Shown: one piece after another, positions 1-10,134 of the stretch
Numbering within the stretch: position 1 is the stretch's first letter
How the letters are laid out: the number at the start of each line of letters is the position of its first letter
Assembly (NCBI GenBank): GCA_038213805.1
Contig: JBBQSO010000007.1
Location: forward strand, 41,932-105,931
Length of the DNA stretch: 64,000 nucleotides
From: Planctomycetota bacterium
Lineage (GTDB): Bacteria; Planctomycetota; UBA11346
Direction: 5' to 3'
Made by a program: the position numbers and the translations under genes
The notes under the pieces: model-generated
The model's database searches: none
What the model saw: the letters and a program-made list of their open reading frames with translations, nothing else
Told to the model about the DNA's origin: nothing

Positions 1-213
1 GTCCCCGCCCTGCCCCTGCGCGGACCCATCGACATCGTCGGCGCCGGCGACTCGGTCACCGCCAACCTGATCGCCGCGACGGCCGCCGGCGCCACCCTGC
101 GCGAGGCCATCGAACTCGCCATCCTCGCCTCGTCGCTGGTCATCCACCAGCTCGGCACCACCGGCACGGCCAGTGTGGACCAGATCGCGGAGCTGCTGCC
201 GGCGCTGGGGTGA
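1..213 (+). CDS. PfkB/ribokinase-family carbohydrate kinase (HldE/RfaE kinase-like), 3' end only
   Basis: Frame +1 reads VPALPLRGPIDIVGAGDSVTANL...HQLGTTGTA...ALG*; DxxGAGD is the PfkB signature. The 5' end is outside the window. Confidence 0.75.
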   Translation, partial: VPALPLRGPIDIVGAGDSVTANLIAATAAGATLREAIELAILASSLVIHQLGTTGTASVDQIAELLPALG

Positions 214-264
214 GGCGCCACGCCGGACCTTGCCATCGCCGCGAAGGCCGATGCACTCGCAGCG

Positions 265-1107
265 ATGCCGGATGTCCCCACGCGCTTCGTGCTGTTCGCC
301 TTCGGCGAGGAGCTGGCCGCCTACACCCAGGCGCACCTCGCCCTGCTGACCACGATGGCCAACGCGCCCGCGGGCTGTGAATTCGTGGTCGTCACCACCC
401 ACCCACGGCATTTCCACTGGTTCGACGGGCGGCTGCGCTTGGTCGTGATCGACAACGCGCAGCTCACGGCCTGGAAGGGCCCCAGCGGGTTCTTCTGGCG
501 CACCAAGATCGAGGCCATCCGCCACGCGGCCGCGCTCGGCCCGGCGCACATCGTCTACCTCGACTCCGACGTGCTCGCCACCGCCCCGCTTGCCGACCTG
601 TGCGCGGGCCTGGCGCAGGGCCGGGTCTACATGCACCAGCGCGAGTTCACCCTCGGCGGCACCCGCCGCCGGGGCCACCGCCCCCTGCGCCAGCTCATCC
701 CGCGGACCCACGTCGGCACCACCGTGTCGCTGGACACTGAAATGTGGAACGCCGGCGTCGTCGCCGTCGGCGCTGCGCAGCACGGCCTGCTTGACCGCGC
801 CCTGGCGCTGTGCGACTCCTTCATCGCCGATGGCCAGCACACCTTGCACGAGCAGTTCGCCTTCAGCGTCGCCCTCGCCGGCACCGGCGCGCTACACGCC
901 GCCGAGCCCTGGATCCTGCACTACTGGGGCAACAAACCCGGCTTCCAGGAGGCGATCAATGCCCAACTCGCCGCCATCTGGATCCGCCAGCTGAACGTCG
1001 ACCAGGCCATCGCCTTCGTCCAGGCCAACCCCATCCGCCGCCCGGTCTCAGTGCGCCGGCGCTGGTGGAACCGCTGGTTCAAGGGTCTGGCGGGCGTGGC
1101 GAGCTGA
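265..1107 (+). CDS. Hypothetical protein, possible GT-A fold glycosyltransferase
   Basis: 280 aa ORF with strong GC3 bias; hhYLDSD (DxD) motif followed by WNAGV, EQ and HYWG motifs typical of GT8-like proteins. Confidence 0.55.
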   Translation: MPDVPTRFVLFAFGEELAAYTQAHLALLTTMANAPAGCEFVVVTTHPRHFHWFDGRLRLVVIDNAQLTAWKGPSGFFWRTKIEAIRHAAALGPAHIVYLDSDVLATAPLADLCAGLAQGRVYMHQREFTLGGTRRRGHRPLRQLIPRTHVGTTVSLDTEMWNAGVVAVGAAQHGLLDRALALCDSFIADGQHTLHEQFAFSVALAGTGALHAAEPWILHYWGNKPGFQEAINAQLAAIWIRQLNVDQAIAFVQANPIRRPVSVRRRWWNRWFKGLAGVAS

Positions 1108-1165
1108 AGGATTTGAGGGAGTTCATTTACCTTTTCACGTCACCGGGTAGTTTCGCCGCAGCGCC

Positions 1166-1579
1166 ATGATCCACCGCCTTCCACTCCTGATCTGCGCGGT
1201 GCTGGTCGCCTTGGCCGCAGCACTGCCGAGTGGCCGTTGGTACCAGTGCCACATGGACGGAACCCTGCACGCGGCATGCTGTTGCCAGACCGCGCTGCCC
1301 GCCCTTCCTGATGCTGATCAATCCTGCACCGCCCATGACGGCGGCTGCTGCACCGTGATCATCCTTCCCGACCACCCGGATCAGCAGGTCGCCGCCACGC
1401 CGTGCGTTCCGGATGATGGGCTTGCCGTCATCGCTGCGCTCGACCTGCTCGGGGACGGCCCCGTCGTGCTCGACCTGTGCGACCGGAACCGCCGTTCCCT
1501 GGTCACACGTCGACCGTCGGCACCTCGCGAACCGTCGTCGCCGCAGCTTTTCCAGCGGTACTGCTCCTACGTGATTTGA
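1166..1579 (+). CDS. Small Cys-rich exported protein upstream of metal efflux operon (HYC_CC_PP/DUF2946-like leader)
   Basis: Hydrophobic N-terminus, then YQCHM...ACCC...GGCC and a Pro-rich tail ending LFQRYCSYVI; lies directly upstream of cusC-like gene. Confidence 0.6.
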   Translation: MIHRLPLLICAVLVALAAALPSGRWYQCHMDGTLHAACCCQTALPALPDADQSCTAHDGGCCTVIILPDHPDQQVAATPCVPDDGLAVIAALDLLGDGPVVLDLCDRNRRSLVTRRPSAPREPSSPQLFQRYCSYVI

Positions 1580-1808
1580 CGGTCAATGGATGTGCCGGAG
1601 CGCCCAGTGGGCGCTTGGCCGCACCGTCTCTCCACACGGATCGCCCGGCTTCTTCCCGTAAGAGTCGTCGGCGCATCCCCCATCCGCAAACGGTTCGCCA
1701 CCCGCCAAGCATCGGGCCTCGCGATCACATCACTGCCTGCGTGCAGGATGTGCGCTGCAGGTGTGCTCCGCATTGCGGCCAGATGGATCTCCCAGAAGGA
1801 TTGCTCAC

Positions 1809-3215
1809 ATGCACCAGCGACCGCTTCGCCTGATCCTTGCGCCGTCTGGGCTCGCCCTGCTGGCGATGCTCAGCGGCTGCTCCTCCTCCGATGATGGGAC
1901 TGGCTCCAGGCAGCAGCGTGCCGATCTCGGACCGAGCGCGTCTCCTTCCGCCATGCCCGACATGGCGGACGGATCCGCAGCACATGCGCCGCCAACGGAT
2001 GAACTGCCAGCGTTGATCGCCAGTGCGACCCTCGAACGGGCAGCGCTCGTCCGGGCTGTCCTTCAGCGCAATCCCGGCATCGCAGCCGCGCGCGCAGGAT
2101 GGCTCGCCGCGCTCTCCCGGTATCCCCAGCAGTCGGCCTGGGATGACCCGATGCTCTCCTACCGCACCTACCCCAGGAGCATTGGCGCCGGCGTCCACTA
2201 CGGGCAAGAGATCGAGATCAGCCAGCGCATCCCAATCGGCGGCAAGCTCGACCTGCAGGGCGAGATCACCCTGGCTGAGGCCGATGCCGCGCGTGCGGAT
2301 TACCAGTCCGTGCGGCTGCGGCTGGGGATGATGGCGTCGCAGCTCTGCGACGACTATGGCCTCGCGGTCCGTTCCCTGGCGATCCTCTCCCGCCAGGCGC
2401 AGGTACTGGCCGACCTGAAGGCCAGTGCCCAGGCCCACGTCGCGAATGGCACCGCGTCGATCCAGGATGCGCTGATGGCCGACGCCGAGGCGGCCGAACT
2501 GCAGCAGGAAGTGATCCTGGCGACTGCCGATCGCGATGTCGCCATCACCCAGCTCAATGGACTCCTGCACCGTCTTCCCATCGATGCTCCGCTTCCGGTC
2601 CCGGGTGATGAGGCCGTGGCCACGCCTGGAACAGCGAGCGCGGCCCTGCAGGAGATCGCGGTGCGGGAACGGCCAGAGCTCAGCGCGGTCGAGGCGCGGG
2701 CGCGCCGCGCGGATTCGTCGCTGGTGCTGGCCGAGCGCCAGTACCGGCCCGATGTCATGGTCTCCGGCACCTACAGCTCGCTCTGGGACCAGCGCGAATA
2801 CCGCTATGGCCTGGGCGTGTCAGTGGCGCTGCCGGTGCATGGCGACCGCCTGCAGGGCGGCATCGATGAAGCCCATGCCCAGATCACCCAGGCGCACCTC
2901 GAACGCGAGCACATGGAACGCGACATCCGCGTGGAGGTGGCGGAAGCCATCCGTCGCCTGACCGCAGCCGAGTCCATCGCGACGGTCATCCATGATCAGC
3001 TGCTGCCGGCACTCACCAACCGCAGCGACGCCGCACGCACCGCGTTTTCTGCCAACCGCGCATCGTTCGAAGCGATCATCGCCGCGACGCGCGCGCAACT
3101 CAGCGCCGAGCTCAGGTACCAACAGGCCCTGACCGACGTTTCCCGTCGTCGCGCCATGCTCATCCGTGCCATCGGACGCCTCCCCATACCCGCCCAGGCT
3201 GGAGCCACCCCATGA
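1809..3215 (+). CDS. TolC/CusC-family outer-membrane efflux channel (lipoprotein)
   Basis: ATG at 1809 after AAGGA; lipobox LSGC; OEP-like repeats (AVLQRNPGI, AVRERPEL, YRPDV); stop overlaps the adaptor start. Confidence 0.85.
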   Translation: MHQRPLRLILAPSGLALLAMLSGCSSSDDGTGSRQQRADLGPSASPSAMPDMADGSAAHAPPTDELPALIASATLERAALVRAVLQRNPGIAAARAGWLAALSRYPQQSAWDDPMLSYRTYPRSIGAGVHYGQEIEISQRIPIGGKLDLQGEITLAEADAARADYQSVRLRLGMMASQLCDDYGLAVRSLAILSRQAQVLADLKASAQAHVANGTASIQDALMADAEAAELQQEVILATADRDVAITQLNGLLHRLPIDAPLPVPGDEAVATPGTASAALQEIAVRERPELSAVEARARRADSSLVLAERQYRPDVMVSGTYSSLWDQREYRYGLGVSVALPVHGDRLQGGIDEAHAQITQAHLEREHMERDIRVEVAEAIRRLTAAESIATVIHDQLLPALTNRSDAARTAFSANRASFEAIIAATRAQLSAELRYQQALTDVSRRRAMLIRAIGRLPIPAQAGATP

Positions 3216-4960
3216 ACACCACCGCGAAGCTCACCGCCATCGTCGCCACGCTCGCCGCGGCGGGTTCGCTCCTGCTCGGCTGGAGCGTGCGCACCGGCAG
3301 CAGTCGTCCGATCCCAGGGGCGGTCAGCGCCAGTGAGCAGGTCGCAGTGGCCCTCAGCAAGCCGATGCCCGTGCCGGATGCCGCGCTCATGCCCCTCGAG
3401 CAGGTCTATGCGGCCTACGAACATCTCCGCGATCACCTGGCGCTGGACCAGCTGCCGGGAGTGGCGACCGATGCACAGGCGCTGACCGCGGCTTTGACCG
3501 CCGCCAAGCTGGCCCTGCCGGCCGATCATCCCGCAGCGGAGCTGGTCATCACCGCCTTGGCACACGGCGGGCATCTCGCCGCCGCCGCCTCGCTTGAGGA
3601 TGCGCGGGAACATTTCGCCACCATCAGCCACGCCCTGGTCGCGATCGCCGAGGGCGAGCCCCGCCTTCAGAAAGGGCATGTCGTCTTCAGCTGCCCGATG
3701 ACCAAGGGCTACAAGAAATGGATTCAGGGAACCTCGGCCAAGAGCAATCCCTACATGGGCACGATGATGTCCACCTGCGGGACGACCACCACCTGGATGG
3801 CCGACGAGCACGCCACCCCGCACGCGGCGATGAGCCCCGGGGGCGCCAAGGACATCGCCTTCTTCACCTGCTCCATGCACCCAGCGGTGAAGATGCAGAC
3901 ACCCGGGAGCTGCCCCATCTGCAGCATGGATCTGATTTCGGTGACCAAGGAACAGGTCGCCTCAGGTGAGATCATGGTGGACGAATCCCGCCGCCAGCTG
4001 ATCGGCATCCGCACCGCCGCGATCATCAAGCAGCCGATGCACATCCTGATCAATGCGGTCGGCCATGTCGCCTATGACGAGTCCGGGTATTCCGACGTCA
4101 GCCTCAAGGTCGGTGGCTGGGTCACCAAGCTCATCGCCGACACCACCGGGGCATTCGTCGAGCAGGGTCGGCCGCTCTTCACCCTGTACAGCCCTGAGCT
4201 TTACGCGGCAGAGCAGGAATACCTGCTGATGCTCCATGCCCAGCCCACCACCGCCACAGCGGTCGGTGGTGGCATCCTTGAAGCCGCCCGCGAACGCCTG
4301 CGGCTCTGGGACCTCGATGACGCCCAGATCAGCGAGATCCGCGAGCACGGCGCGCAAAAGGACCAGGTCATCGTCGCCCCGGCCTCAGGGTACCTCATCG
4401 CCAAGGACATCGTGCAGGGCGCTGCGGTGGTGCCGGGACAGCGGCTCTTCCGCATCGCCCCCATCGACCGCATCTGGATCCTGGCCGAGATCTTCGAGAC
4501 GGACATCGCGGTGGTCGCGGTCGGCCAGTCGGCGACGGTGACGCTGCCCTACGCGCCTGGCGAGACCTTCACCGGAACCATCGACTACCTCTATCCCTAC
4601 CTCAATGCCGATACGCGCAGCGTGCGCGCCCGCATCCGGCTCGAGAACGTCGACCACCACCTGCGACCCGAAATGTATGCGACGGTGGCCATCGCGGTCG
4701 AGGTCGGCGAGCGCCTGCTGGTACCGAAGTCGGCGGTGGTCTACACCGGTCCACGGCGACTGGTGTTCGTCGACCTGGGTGAAGGGCGGCTGCGTCCACA
4801 CCAGGTGAAGCTCGGCCTCGCCAACGCCGAGTCCTACGAAGTGCTCAGCGGCTTGGCACCGGGCGACAAGGTCGTGACCTCCGGCAACTTCCTGGTCGCG
4901 GCCGAGAGCCGCATCCGTTCGGCCGAGCAGTACTGGGGAGATGACCATGACGCCAAATGA
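3212..4960 (+). CDS. cusB: CusB-family RND periplasmic adaptor with DUF3347-like and heavy-metal-binding domains
   Basis: AREHFATISHAL/FSCPM/SNPYMG..M..CG segment; FTCSMHP...PGSCPICSMDL metal-binding motif; LYSPELYAAEQEYL; LRPEMY; VVTSGNFLVAAES. Confidence 0.9.
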   Translation: MNTTAKLTAIVATLAAAGSLLLGWSVRTGSSRPIPGAVSASEQVAVALSKPMPVPDAALMPLEQVYAAYEHLRDHLALDQLPGVATDAQALTAALTAAKLALPADHPAAELVITALAHGGHLAAAASLEDAREHFATISHALVAIAEGEPRLQKGHVVFSCPMTKGYKKWIQGTSAKSNPYMGTMMSTCGTTTTWMADEHATPHAAMSPGGAKDIAFFTCSMHPAVKMQTPGSCPICSMDLISVTKEQVASGEIMVDESRRQLIGIRTAAIIKQPMHILINAVGHVAYDESGYSDVSLKVGGWVTKLIADTTGAFVEQGRPLFTLYSPELYAAEQEYLLMLHAQPTTATAVGGGILEAARERLRLWDLDDAQISEIREHGAQKDQVIVAPASGYLIAKDIVQGAAVVPGQRLFRIAPIDRIWILAEIFETDIAVVAVGQSATVTLPYAPGETFTGTIDYLYPYLNADTRSVRARIRLENVDHHLRPEMYATVAIAVEVGERLLVPKSAVVYTGPRRLVFVDLGEGRLRPHQVKLGLANAESYEVLSGLAPGDKVVTSGNFLVAAESRIRSAEQYWGDDHDAK

Positions 4961-7900
4961 GCCACCCGTGTCCGCGGCGCCGAAACTCGGGCCCATCGCC
5001 CGGATCATCGCGGTCTGCGCCCGCCATCCGGCGATGACCATCATCCTGGCCCTGGCCCTGGTGGGCTGGGGCTATTTCTCACTGCGTAAAACGCCGCTGG
5101 ACGCCATCCCGGACCTGTCCGACATCCAGGTGATCATCTTCACCGACTGGCAGGGCCGCAGCCCCGACCTGGTCGAAGACCAGGTCACCTATCCGATCAT
5201 GACCACGCTGCTCGCGGCGCCGAAGATCAAAGCGGTGCGTGGCCAGTCCTTCTTCGGTCTGTCCTTCGTCTATGCGATCTTCGAGGACAACACCGACATC
5301 TACTGGGCGCGCAGCCGGGTCCTGGAATACCTCAACACCGTGCAGGGGAAGCTGCCCGAAACCGCCAAGCCACGCATCGGTCCCGATGCGTCGGGCGTCG
5401 GCTGGGTCTTCGAATATGCCCTGGTGGACCGGTCCGGCGGACACGACCTCCAACAGCTGCGCGCGCTGCAGGACTGGAACCTGCGCTATGCGCTGGAGAG
5501 CGTTCCGGGCGTCGCCGAGGTCGCCTCGGTGGGCGGATTCGTCAAGCAGTACCAGGTCCAGTGCGACCCCGCCAAACTGCTCTCCTACCACGTCGCCATC
5601 CCGGAGATCGTCAAGGCGATCCGCGCCTCGAACGCGGACGTCGGCGGCGAGGTCATCGAGATCAGCGGTCACGAGAACATGGTGCGCGGTCGCGGGTACG
5701 TGAAGTCCATCGCCGACCTGGAGGACATCCCGGTACGCTTCTCCGACAACGGGGTCCCGGTCTTCCTCAAGGATGTCGCGGTGATCAACCTCGGCCCGGA
5801 GACCCGGCGGGGCATTGCCGATCTCAACGGCGAGGGCGAGGTCGTCGGCGGCATCGTCGTCATGCGCTACGGCATGAACGCCCTGTCGGTGATCGATGCA
5901 GTGAAGGCCCGCCTGAAGGAGATCCAAGCGGGCCTGCCCGCCGGCATCGAGGTGGTCCCCACCTATGACCGTTCCGGTCTGATCCGCGATTCGATCCACA
6001 CCCTGACACGCACCATCATCGAGGAGATGGTGGTGGTCAGCCTGGTGATCTTCCTGTTCTTGCTGCACGTGCGCAGCGCGCTGGTGCCGATTCTGACCCT
6101 GCCGATCGCGGTCCTGCTCGCATTCATCCCGATGTATTACCAGGGTCTGACCGCCAACATCATGTCGCTTGGCGGCATCGCCGTGGCGATCGGCGCGATG
6201 GTCGACGCCTCGATCATCATGGTCGAGAACATCCACAAGAAGCTGGAAGCCTGGGAGAGCCATGGGCGCCAGACCCCGCGAATCGAGGTGGTGATCGGGG
6301 CGATGCAGGAGGTCGGCCCGTCGATCTTCTTCGCGCTGCTGGTGATCACGGTGTCGTTCATGCCGATCTTCACCCTGGAAGGCACCGAGGGGAAGCTGTT
6401 CAGCCCCCTGGCTTACACCAAGACCTACTCGATGGGCTTCGCGGCGATCCTGGCCGTCACCCTGGCCCCGGCCCTGGCCGCCATCTTCATCCGCGGCAAG
6501 ATCCTCAAAGAGGACCACAACCTCGTCAATCGCTGGCTGATCCGCCTGTACGCGCCGGTCGTGCGCTTCGTGGTGCGCTTCCGCTGGCCGGTGATCATCG
6601 CGGCGCTGATCACGGTGCTGGCGACCATTCCCGCCTATCTGCATCTCGGCAGCGAGTTCATGCCGCCGCTCAATGAAGGCGCCATCCTCTACATGCCGAC
6701 CAGCCCGCCCGGGATGTCGATCACCGAGGCCGGCAACGTCCTCCAGGCGATGGACCGCGAACTCAAGACCTTCCCGGAGGTGGTCTCGGTGTTCGGCAAG
6801 ATGGGGCGCAGCGAGTCCCCGACCGATCCGGCGCCGATCAACATGGTCGAGACCGTGGTCGTGCTGAAACCGCGCAGCGAATGGCGTGCGGGGATGACCT
6901 GGGACAAGCTCATCAAGGAGATGGATACCAAGCTGCTCTATCCGGGCATGCCCAACGTCTGGTGGATGCCGATCCAGACCCGCACCGAGATGCTCGCCAC
7001 CGGCATCCGCAGCCCGCTCGGCATCGAGGTCTACGGCAACACGCTGGAAGACATCGAGAAGACCACCCTGGCGATCGAGCGGGTCGTCGGCCAGGTCATG
7101 GGCACGCGCTCAGCCTTTGCCGAGCGCACGGTCGGAGGATTCTATATCGACTTCGCGGTCAAGCGCCGCGAGGCGGCGCGGCTTGGGCTGCGGGTGGAAG
7201 ACGTCAACCAGATGGTGGCGACCGCGATCGGTGGGCTGAGCGTTGGCGAAACCGTCGAGGGTCGCGAGCGTTACCCCATCAACGTCCGTTACGCGCGCGA
7301 ATTCCGCGATGACCCGAACGCCCTCGGCAAGACCCTGATCGCCCTGCCGAGCGGCGCTCAGGTGCCGATGTCGGAAGTCGCCGACATCCGCTTCGTCAAC
7401 GGCCCACCGATGCTGCGCAGCGAAGGCGGCAAGCTGGTGAGCTATGTATTCGTGGACGTGGCCAACCGGCCGTTCGCCGACTACGTCGACGAGGCCAAGG
7501 CGGTGGTCGCCAAGGAAGTCGTGCTGCCAGCTGGCGTGCGCCTGGACTGGGTCGGGCAGTACAAATATTTTGAACGCGCCAAGGCCAAGCTGGCCCTGGT
7601 CGTGCCGATCACGCTGCTGATCGTGATGTTCCTGCTTTTCCTGAACACCAAATCGGTGGTCGAGACCATGATCGTCATGATGGCGGTGCCATTCTCGCTG
7701 GTCGGAGCGATCTGGTTGTTGTGGCTGCTCGACTACAACATGAGCGTAGCGGTGTGGGTCGGCCTCATCGCCCTGGCGGGCCTCGATGCGGAGACCGGGG
7801 TGATCATGCTCCTCTATCTGACCTTCGCCCATCGCCGCTGGCTTGACGAGGGTCGCCTGAGGACGGCTGATGACCTGCGCGACCTCATCGTCGAAGGTGC

Positions 7901-8135
7901 GGCCCAGCGCATCCGCCCCAAGCTCATGACCGTCCTCGCGGCCATGGTTGGTCTGATCCCGATCCTGTGGAGCGACGGCACCGGCGCCGATGTCATGAAA
8001 CGCATCGCGGCACCGATGATCGGCGGCCTGGTGACCTCCTTCCTGCTGGAGCTGACGGTCTATCCGGCGCTCTTCGCCCTCTGGAAAAGCCGCAGCCTGC
8101 CGGTCACGGCTCCCGCGATCACCTCCCCACTCTGA
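4941..8135 (+). CDS. cusA: CusA/CzcA-family heavy-metal efflux RND transporter, Cu(I)/Ag(I) type
   Basis: PLDAIPDLSDIQVII, VEDQVTYP, AIGAMVDA, RIRPKLMT, GADVMKRIAAPMIGG. The three Met positions of the CusA Cu site appear present (ILYMPT, PINMVET, RTEMLATG). Start could be 4947. Confidence 0.95.
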   Translation: MTMTPNEPPVSAAPKLGPIARIIAVCARHPAMTIILALALVGWGYFSLRKTPLDAIPDLSDIQVIIFTDWQGRSPDLVEDQVTYPIMTTLLAAPKIKAVRGQSFFGLSFVYAIFEDNTDIYWARSRVLEYLNTVQGKLPETAKPRIGPDASGVGWVFEYALVDRSGGHDLQQLRALQDWNLRYALESVPGVAEVASVGGFVKQYQVQCDPAKLLSYHVAIPEIVKAIRASNADVGGEVIEISGHENMVRGRGYVKSIADLEDIPVRFSDNGVPVFLKDVAVINLGPETRRGIADLNGEGEVVGGIVVMRYGMNALSVIDAVKARLKEIQAGLPAGIEVVPTYDRSGLIRDSIHTLTRTIIEEMVVVSLVIFLFLLHVRSALVPILTLPIAVLLAFIPMYYQGLTANIMSLGGIAVAIGAMVDASIIMVENIHKKLEAWESHGRQTPRIEVVIGAMQEVGPSIFFALLVITVSFMPIFTLEGTEGKLFSPLAYTKTYSMGFAAILAVTLAPALAAIFIRGKILKEDHNLVNRWLIRLYAPVVRFVVRFRWPVIIAALITVLATIPAYLHLGSEFMPPLNEGAILYMPTSPPGMSITEAGNVLQAMDRELKTFPEVVSVFGKMGRSESPTDPAPINMVETVVVLKPRSEWRAGMTWDKLIKEMDTKLLYPGMPNVWWMPIQTRTEMLATGIRSPLGIEVYGNTLEDIEKTTLAIERVVGQVMGTRSAFAERTVGGFYIDFAVKRREAARLGLRVEDVNQMVATAIGGLSVGETVEGRERYPINVRYAREFRDDPNALGKTLIALPSGAQVPMSEVADIRFVNGPPMLRSEGGKLVSYVFVDVANRPFADYVDEAKAVVAKEVVLPAGVRLDWVGQYKYFERAKAKLALVVPITLLIVMFLLFLNTKSVVETMIVMMAVPFSLVGAIWLLWLLDYNMSVAVWVGLIALAGLDAETGVIMLLYLTFAHRRWLDEGRLRTADDLRDLIVEGAAQRIRPKLMTVLAAMVGLIPILWSDGTGADVMKRIAAPMIGGLVTSFLLELTVYPALFALWKSRSLPVTAPAITSPL

Positions 8136-8167
8136 TTCCACGTCGCGGCCTGCGGGCAAAACGGCCC

Positions 8168-8635
8168 TCACCCGCTTACGTTTCCGATGCGAACCAAAAG
8201 CGCGTCGGGACCTGACTCGCAGTGTGTTCCCGCACGCGCGGTTCCCGGCAGCACAGGATGGCCACGGGTTGCCCCCCCGTGCAAGCCGGCAGTGCTCCCG
8301 CCGGCGCCGGCTACCAGAACCCTGCACTCACTTGCTGGCGGCAACCTCATCACGTGGTCCACATGGACCATCAGGGTCGGCAGGGTCTGGGCAGCGAAGA
8401 CGCGTAATCTGGTGTCCTTTTCGTCCTGACTCTCAGCGGTGAACAGGTAGACCGCTTGTTTGAGGGTCTTCTCGTGGCATTCGAAGTAGTCCTTCGCGAA
8501 GTCCTTGTCCGCGGCGCTGCCGAGCTTGTCGAGTTTCACCTGAAGTTTCTTGTCGAGGTCGTTCGCCAGCGTGACGCCCTGCTTCGCCGCGAGGGCGAAA
8601 AATCCGCTGTTGGCCTTGGTATGATCGTCGATCAT
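8168..8635 (-). pseudogene. 5'-truncated DUF4142-family gene remnant
   Basis: QMIDDHTKAN...LAAKQGVTL...LDKL...DFAKDY...LRVFAAQTLPTL matches the C-terminal two-thirds of DUF4142. Signal peptide and N-terminal helices are missing, and the tail reads into unrelated sequence. Confidence 0.6.
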
Positions 8636-8687
8636 CTGGCGTCGCCGACTACCTGGTGGCCATGACCGCCCGAGCAGATACGGTCAT

Positions 8688-9755
8688 ATGCAGACCATGC
8701 CATTCGCCCCCGTGCCCAGCCTGCGCGAGATCTCAGAACGTTGCGGCATGGCCAGGTCGACGGTCGGCCACATCCTGGGCGGTCGCTCGCACCTGTTCCG
8801 GCCCGAAACGCGCGAGCTGGTGCTGCGCACGGCGGAGCAGCTGGGCTGGAAGCGGCCCGCGGACTGGCGGTCCGTGCGGCGTGCGCGCTTCGGCTGCGCT
8901 GTGCTGCTGAAGAGCGTCATGCAGGAATGCAGCTGGATCGGGATGAATTTCCTCGTCGCCCTCGAAGACCGCCTGCTGGATCGGAACATGCACCTGGCGA
9001 TGGCGCGCCTGCCCGACGCCACCCTCGCCTCGGAGACCGCCCTGCGCCGGCTGCTGAAGCAGTGGTCGGCCGATGGGATGTTCATCAGCTACACGCAGCG
9101 GCCCCCACCGCGCCTGCACGCGCTGATCGCCGGCCTGGACCTGCCCGCGGTGTGGCTGAACAGCTGCGCCGCGATGGATGCGGTGCACCCCGACGACCTG
9201 GGGGCTGGACGCAGCGCAGCGGAGCTGCTGCTCGCAGCGGGTCACCGCCGCATCGCCTACGTCGGATATGCTTTTCCGCTCAACACGCCAGCCGACAAAC
9301 TGCACTACAGCGACGCGGATCGTCCAGCCGGCGCCCGGACTGCGGTGCTCGCCTGCGGAGCGGACTGGCGGCATGTCGGTGGCGTCGACAGCACCTTGGT
9401 CGCCACGTGGCGCGAGCGCCTGGCGCGCAGCGACCGCGAGACCGCCGTGATCGCCTACAGTCCGCACCAGATCCTGCCCGTGCTCCATGCCGCGGCGCTG
9501 CTGGGCCTGCGCGTGCCCCATGACCTGTCGCTGATCACTTTCCACGACGAGAACGTGCGGCTGCTCGACCAGGAGATCGCTTGTCTCGAGCTGCCCGACG
9601 CAAACCTCGCCGAGATCGCTGTCGCGCATCTCTGCGCCCGCATCGGTGGCGCGCCGTCCCGTGCGCTTGATCCGGTGCCGTTCACGGTGCGTTCGACGCT
9701 GACGGTCGGGCCGCCTCCAGCGCGCGGACCGTCGCGGTCGGGCACGCGGCACTGA
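8688..9755 (+). CDS. LacI-family transcriptional regulator
   Basis: PSLREISERCGMARSTVGHIL HTH; GHRRIAYVG and LGLRVPHDLSLITF sugar-binding-domain motifs. Confidence 0.88.
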   Translation: MQTMPFAPVPSLREISERCGMARSTVGHILGGRSHLFRPETRELVLRTAEQLGWKRPADWRSVRRARFGCAVLLKSVMQECSWIGMNFLVALEDRLLDRNMHLAMARLPDATLASETALRRLLKQWSADGMFISYTQRPPPRLHALIAGLDLPAVWLNSCAAMDAVHPDDLGAGRSAAELLLAAGHRRIAYVGYAFPLNTPADKLHYSDADRPAGARTAVLACGADWRHVGGVDSTLVATWRERLARSDRETAVIAYSPHQILPVLHAAALLGLRVPHDLSLITFHDENVRLLDQEIACLELPDANLAEIAVAHLCARIGGAPSRALDPVPFTVRSTLTVGPPPARGPSRSGTRH

Positions 9756-9869
9756 CGCGGACGGGCGCTGCCCGACCAGACGCGGCGCGGCGCGCATCAG
9801 CAGCGCTGCAGCGTGGAAGAAAAATCAGCACTACATGAGGCAGGCGCGTTCGCGCCGACCCGCAAGCGT

Positions 9870-9935
9870 CCACGTTTCCGGACGTGTCATACTCCACCGA
9901 TCGTGCCGATTTTTAGACAGCTGCTTAGACATGGG
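9870..9935 (+). promoter_or_regulatory. Conserved upstream element, copy A
   Basis: CCACGTTTccggACGTGTCATACTC-N11-CCGATTTTTAGACAgctgcTTAGACATGGG; aligns with 30690-30756 and 57123-57185. Confidence 0.6.
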
Positions 9936-10004
9936 TGGGCTACGCTGCCGGGCCATGCCCCAGCCCGCCCGACCCGGCCATCCACGCGCACGCGCGCCCT
10001 CGGG

Positions 10005-10100
10005 GCATTGCTTGCCGTTACTTTGCTGGTCGGCGCGACCGCCTGCATCCGGGCCGCGGATCTGCAGGTGATGACCGTCGGCGACGCGATCACCGCCGGC
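10005..10100 (+). pseudogene. Remnant of the 5' end of a secreted SGNH/GDSL hydrolase gene
   Basis: ALLAVTLLVGATACIRAADLQVMTVGDAITAG is a signal peptide plus degenerate block I (normally MPLGDSIT). It breaks off just before the GH31 RBS (AAGGA). Confidence 0.4.
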
Positions 10101-10134
10101 TTCCAGTATCAGCCTCACTCAAAAGGAAAAGCAC

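Noticed and set aside
1108..1120. AGGATTTGAGGGG as a degenerate att copy of the tRNA 3' end
   Set aside because: Only a short partial match to AGGATTCGAA; chance level.
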